From Lytechinus pictus (lineage: Eukaryota): a stretch of 64,000 nt of DNA. The notes under the pieces are model-generated. The model was not told the origin of the DNA, did no database searches, and saw only the letters and a list, made by a program, of their open reading frames with translations. Position 1 is the stretch's first letter, and each line of letters opens with the position of its first letter. The stretch is from positions 19,532,001 to 19,596,000 of the forward strand of contig NC_087252.1 in NCBI RefSeq assembly GCF_037042905.1, in the 5' to 3' direction. This document shows, piece after piece, positions 62,201-64,000 of the stretch. The position numbers and the translations under genes are program-made.

Positions 62201-63444
62201 TCTTTTAAATCAATTACAGCATGGATTTCCGCTAGAGAATTATGTGCATATTTTTACTATAACAGCAAACACGTTTTATTTCACGTTTCTTATTTGGTTC
62301 AATATAAATTCCTAATTCATTTATGTGTACCTCAAACATTTAATAAACCAGAACTTCGCGTGATGGATCTTGTCAATATAATGTACATAAAAAATCCCAT
62401 GAATAGGGGTCTTTATAATTCGTAATAGATTAAAATGGAAAAATAATCATTTACATACAGAGATAATAAGATAGTTACATGTATATAGATAAGTATAGAC
62501 AGACCTATGAATACCTACGTTTTCAAGTTGCTGTCCAATTGGAGGTATGGCGCATGCGTGGATGTCTGGCTCCGCCCATATCCCAGATGTCCAGCAAAAT
62601 CGTGTAATGATTTCTGTACAAATAATCAATTGTCTCATTTCAGGTTATATATATATATATTAAAACAAATAACATTATTGAGATGGAGAATACAATGGAA
62701 GGAAATGGTCATATGCAACTTACTCCGATTCAATCTGAGATATATAAATATCACAGGTGGTCAGGATGAGATCTAGTTGACGCCATTTTTTTCTTTCTAG
62801 ATTCAATATTATTACAAGACCAAGACCTAGCTTTTCATCCTCTTTCCTTCTTCTTTATGTTCATTCTTCCCTTCATATTTTTCACGCTTTTCCTTTTATT
62901 ATCCACTTCGTATGAGGGAGGCCCACTTTAGCTACGGTCCTAACCAAGGGAGCGTTTCATCAACATTTTCGTTCGACAAGTTGACACATCTGAAAACTTT
63001 CTTTCATTTTAATTGGCTAAGAAGCAGTTTCCCTTTACTTTGGTAACTATCGGATAAAATATGACTTTTCGGATAAAACGTCTGACAAGTCCGCTCCCCA
63101 GATGAATACACACACTTAAAATGTTGGGCAACATACTGTCAACTGTGTTGGGTAATGTATGTTGTTAAAAAAATATATATATTCTGGGCAGTTATTATCC
63201 AATTGAGCAAATTTACTACCCAATTATTAGTTTGTATTACCCAATCAGGACAGATTTTAACCAATAGTTGTGTGGACAATATGTTGCCCAGTGATGGTTA
63301 AAAATTTGGCCTTTTTTGGCCAAACCTATTTAAGAGCGTACAATAACCTACCGTATGGATTATCAAGACACTGTGTAGTTGCTGTATGGCCCATCAGAGT
63401 TTCTTCCCATCGCTGTCCTGAATATATCTCAGCCATGCATACCA
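44100..63444 (-). CDS. Gene B (5'-partial, 21 exons): adhesion GPCR, HRM-GAIN/GPS-7TM with long C-tail
   Basis: Exons high to low: 63444-63352, 62613-62519, 61642-61427, 60974-60906, 59239-59107, 58321-58202, 57442-57370, 55317-55212, 54416-54370, 53796-53685, 53077-52980, 52069-51967, 51302-51149, 50709-50643, 50339-50276, 49454-49351, 48136-48007, 47210-47121, 46275-46094, 45523-44875, 44732-44100. All junctions are GT-AG with matching phases; stop TAA at 44102-44100. Confidence 0.9.
44875..45523 (-). CDS. Gene B exon: cytoplasmic tail
   Basis: tttcag|WRIENWRRR..HSQRE|gttagt; lies inside ORF 44743..45591. Confidence 0.8.
45899..46058. mobile_element. Harbinger-like MITE, same family as 9131 and 14910
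   Basis: GTGGGTGTTTCAT..CTTTATGAAACGGCCCC; flanks CAG/GAG. Confidence 0.8.
46094..46275 (-). CDS. Gene B exon: cytoplasmic tail
   Basis: tttcag|RQQTATSGPTS..SASSAF|gttggc, phase 0-2. Confidence 0.75.
46820..47073 (+). mobile_element. tRNA-derived SINE (second family)
   Basis: ggtggctcagtggtagagcg..ggttcgaacc head and (TTA)n tail; 3' part shared with the 28836 copy. Confidence 0.8.
47121..47210 (-). CDS. Gene B exon: TM7b-helix 8
   Basis: SLGFVVAHNFICSQMKTAFKHASTISRENW. Confidence 0.85.
47270..47760 (-). mobile_element. Degenerate CR1/L2-clade LINE 3' fragment
   Basis: Minus strand encodes YSPSRSLRSS, then frameshifted GRRSL..KLWKSPP, resembling the ORF2 C-terminus; TTA-rich tail. Confidence 0.6.
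48007..48136 (-). CDS. Gene B exon: TM6-TM7a
   Basis: SEILCNILCLVVLILCWTCGLVYL..LRYTYSALAITQ. Confidence 0.88.
48172..48507. mobile_element. Palindromic MITE with ~90-bp inverted arms
   Basis: ACTGGTAATTGGGAGTTTTCCCTCAGCAACAT / ATGTTGCTGAGGGAAAACTCCCAATTACCAGT. Confidence 0.85.
48846..49175 (+). mobile_element. tRNA-derived SINE
   Basis: gagccgtggtgtagcggttctgactctcgcc..gttcgaattcc head; 3' half shared with 46315-46470. Confidence 0.8.
49351..49454 (-). CDS. Gene B exon: TM5b-ICL3
   Basis: ANICLLVGLHPHLRKSRKTFPRGYFRRRSYKKGI, phase 0-2. Confidence 0.82.
50276..50339 (-). CDS. Gene B exon: ECL2 CWL-TM5a
   Basis: HCWLQGNAQVSAIVTTSLVAM. Confidence 0.88.
50643..50709 (-). CDS. Gene B exon: TM4b-ECL2
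   Basis: SPLLPIGVSLAFWIDDFGGQDG, phase 1-2. Confidence 0.85.
51149..51302 (-). CDS. Gene B exon: TM3-ICL2-TM4a
   Basis: VTCNIMAGLTYYGIICQFFKNVEGAIYLC..WQIIGW (family-B C..EG..Y and IGW motifs). Confidence 0.9.
51967..52069 (-). CDS. Gene B exon: TM2
   Basis: YIDSGIVCAHVSQDVASILAFTFIILPSIKIFTG. Confidence 0.82.
52980..53077 (-). CDS. Gene B exon: TM1
   Basis: ATPSTGVDVIHVALLGVACFILVVDILLHFVF. Confidence 0.85.
53187..53360 (+). mobile_element. SINE-like repeat with 7SL/Alu-type 5' head
   Basis: GACTGGGCGTTGTGGCGTGCGCCTGTAATCCAAGCT head, B box GGTTCGAGCC, CA-rich tail; second copy at 61988-62134. Confidence 0.7.
53685..53796 (-). CDS. Gene B exon: GPS autoproteolysis motif and Stachel
   Basis: GKSEWSTDGCWLETKINHSTKCCCDHMTIFALLELEQ. 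Confidence 0.95.
54370..54416 (-). CDS. Gene B exon: start of GPS (C-x-F)
   Basis: tcgtag|EQNGSWQCAFIARAA|gtaag, phase 0-2. Confidence 0.78.
55212..55317 (-). CDS. Gene B exon: GAIN subdomain B
   Basis: ISRIHSTIVTASTI..FSSPFCMTFKQ (INS.VI.A...P...TF pattern), phase 2-0. Confidence 0.82.
55326..56696. mobile_element. Tc1/mariner-like palindromic MITE (TA TSD) containing a nested element
   Basis: TA-CAGTGCGTCCCAC..GTGGGACGCACTG-TA. Confidence 0.9.
56057..56640. mobile_element. Nested TTAA-TSD (Kolobok-like) MITE
   Basis: TTAA-AGGAGAATGAAAC..GTTTCATTCTCCT-TTAA; the opposite arm of the host shows the empty site. Confidence 0.9.
57005..57282. mobile_element. Harbinger-like MITE plus a second right end
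   Basis: TTCATAAAGCTGTTCGT..AGCTTTATGAAACACCCAC at 57124, and a similar end again near 57270. Confidence 0.65.
57370..57442 (-). CDS. Gene B exon: GAIN subdomain B
   Basis: VTLVIAFYPTIADLVAQILTEAGQ, phase 1-2. Confidence 0.78.
58202..58321 (-). CDS. Gene B exon: GAIN domain
   Basis: tctcag|FTKMQFETGFYEGG..YVANDT|gtatg, phase 1-1. Confidence 0.75.
59107..59239 (-). CDS. Gene B exon: GAIN domain
   Basis: ccacag|AGEEAVKLIEAIDTFA..YQNI|gtatg. Confidence 0.83.
60201..60434. mobile_element. Palindromic MITE
   Basis: GGGTGATTTCAAGT / ACTTGAAATCACCC termini with ~45-bp arms. Confidence 0.8.
60503..60818. repeat. ~156-bp tandem duplication
   Basis: catatggaaaatttagaatacaaa at 60511 and 60667. Confidence 0.9.
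60906..60974 (-). CDS. Gene B exon: GAIN subdomain A
   Basis: LFLQAVDALLLGVNIEKWRQAPD (VD.LL..N...W pattern). Confidence 0.82.
61427..61642 (-). CDS. Gene B exon: GAIN subdomain A helices
   Basis: ttccag|LILVSYQ..LEYAN|gtaag, 216 nt, phase 0-0. Confidence 0.78.
61988..62134 (+). mobile_element. 5'-truncated second copy of the 7SL-headed SINE-like repeat
   Basis: gaagttacaaattgatgcagaggttcga..ggtcacgtctttcggatggtgat..aaaggtcggtcccagacgtaaata matches 53228-53360. Confidence 0.8.
62519..62613 (-). CDS. Gene B exon: HRM domain, second half
   Basis: IITRFCWTSGIWAEPDIHACAIPPIGQQLEN fits R.C...G.W..PD...C. Confidence 0.88.
63352..63444 (-). CDS. Gene B exon: hormone-receptor (HRM) domain, first half
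   Basis: VCMAEIYSGQRWEETLMGHTATTQCLDNPY fits C..W..T..G....C. Confidence 0.85.
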
Positions 63445-64000
63445 CTAAAAAACAAAAATGATTAATGAATCCATCCCTGTAACTTTCATATTTCTAATGT
63501 CACTATATATATATTAACTATTCCTTCACTTATCAGTCATTGTTGATTGTGGATGTTAATGATATTTCTGTCGTTAATATTTGGCTGATATTGCTTTTAT
63601 TGTTGTTTTTACTCTCTTTTTTTCATCATCCTTGCAGTTATCATTATTGACATTATTTTAATCAACAATGTTTTGTGTTAGAAGTGTTGTTGTAATCGAA
63701 TCAGCATTATCGTCGCCATCATCATCATCGAAATTCCTTCTTTTATGATCAGTCCTAAGCAAAAAATCATTGAATGTATTTTACCCCTCTCCTTATCCCA
63801 GTAAAGTCTAAGTTCATTTTGCTTTAACGTATTTTTTTCAAAGTTTAACACAGTCTTACCTCATATATCATGTATTGTTTGTGAAACTCAATACAGAATG
63901 GAAATGTATGAACTTATTTTTATTGCGATGAACCCCCTCCCCCTCCAAAAAATAATAATGATAATAATAAAATCAAAAATAAATATATACATTAAAAAAT

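Overview
AT-rich, intron-rich metazoan DNA. The repeat landscape suggests an invertebrate deuterostome such as a sea urchin (inference). Two convergent multi-exon genes were reconstructed by hand from GT-AG boundaries and reading-phase continuity; both 5' ends lie outside the window. (1) + strand, 20 exons, 1023..38064, about 1,325 aa visible: four modules of [LDLa-LDLa-LDLa + ~130-aa cysteine-free CUB-like domain], a 171-aa Ser/Thr/Pro mucin repeat, a fifth divergent CUB-like domain and a short 6-Cys tail, with no transmembrane segment in the visible part. (2) - strand, 21 exons, 63444..44100, about 1,110 aa visible: a divergent adhesion GPCR (HRM-GAIN/GPS-7TM) with a ~500-aa cytoplasmic tail. 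The introns hold MITEs, Helentron-like elements, SINEs, a LINE relic and minisatellites. Most notable: a SINE-like repeat with a 7SL/Alu-type head, tandem amplification of exon-intron junctions (ten GTAAG donors at 100-bp spacing), an intron present in only one of four paralogous domain exons, a MITE end that appears to supply an exon's polypyrimidine tract, and three-level transposon nesting. Almost all long ORFs in the supplied track are repeat artefacts.
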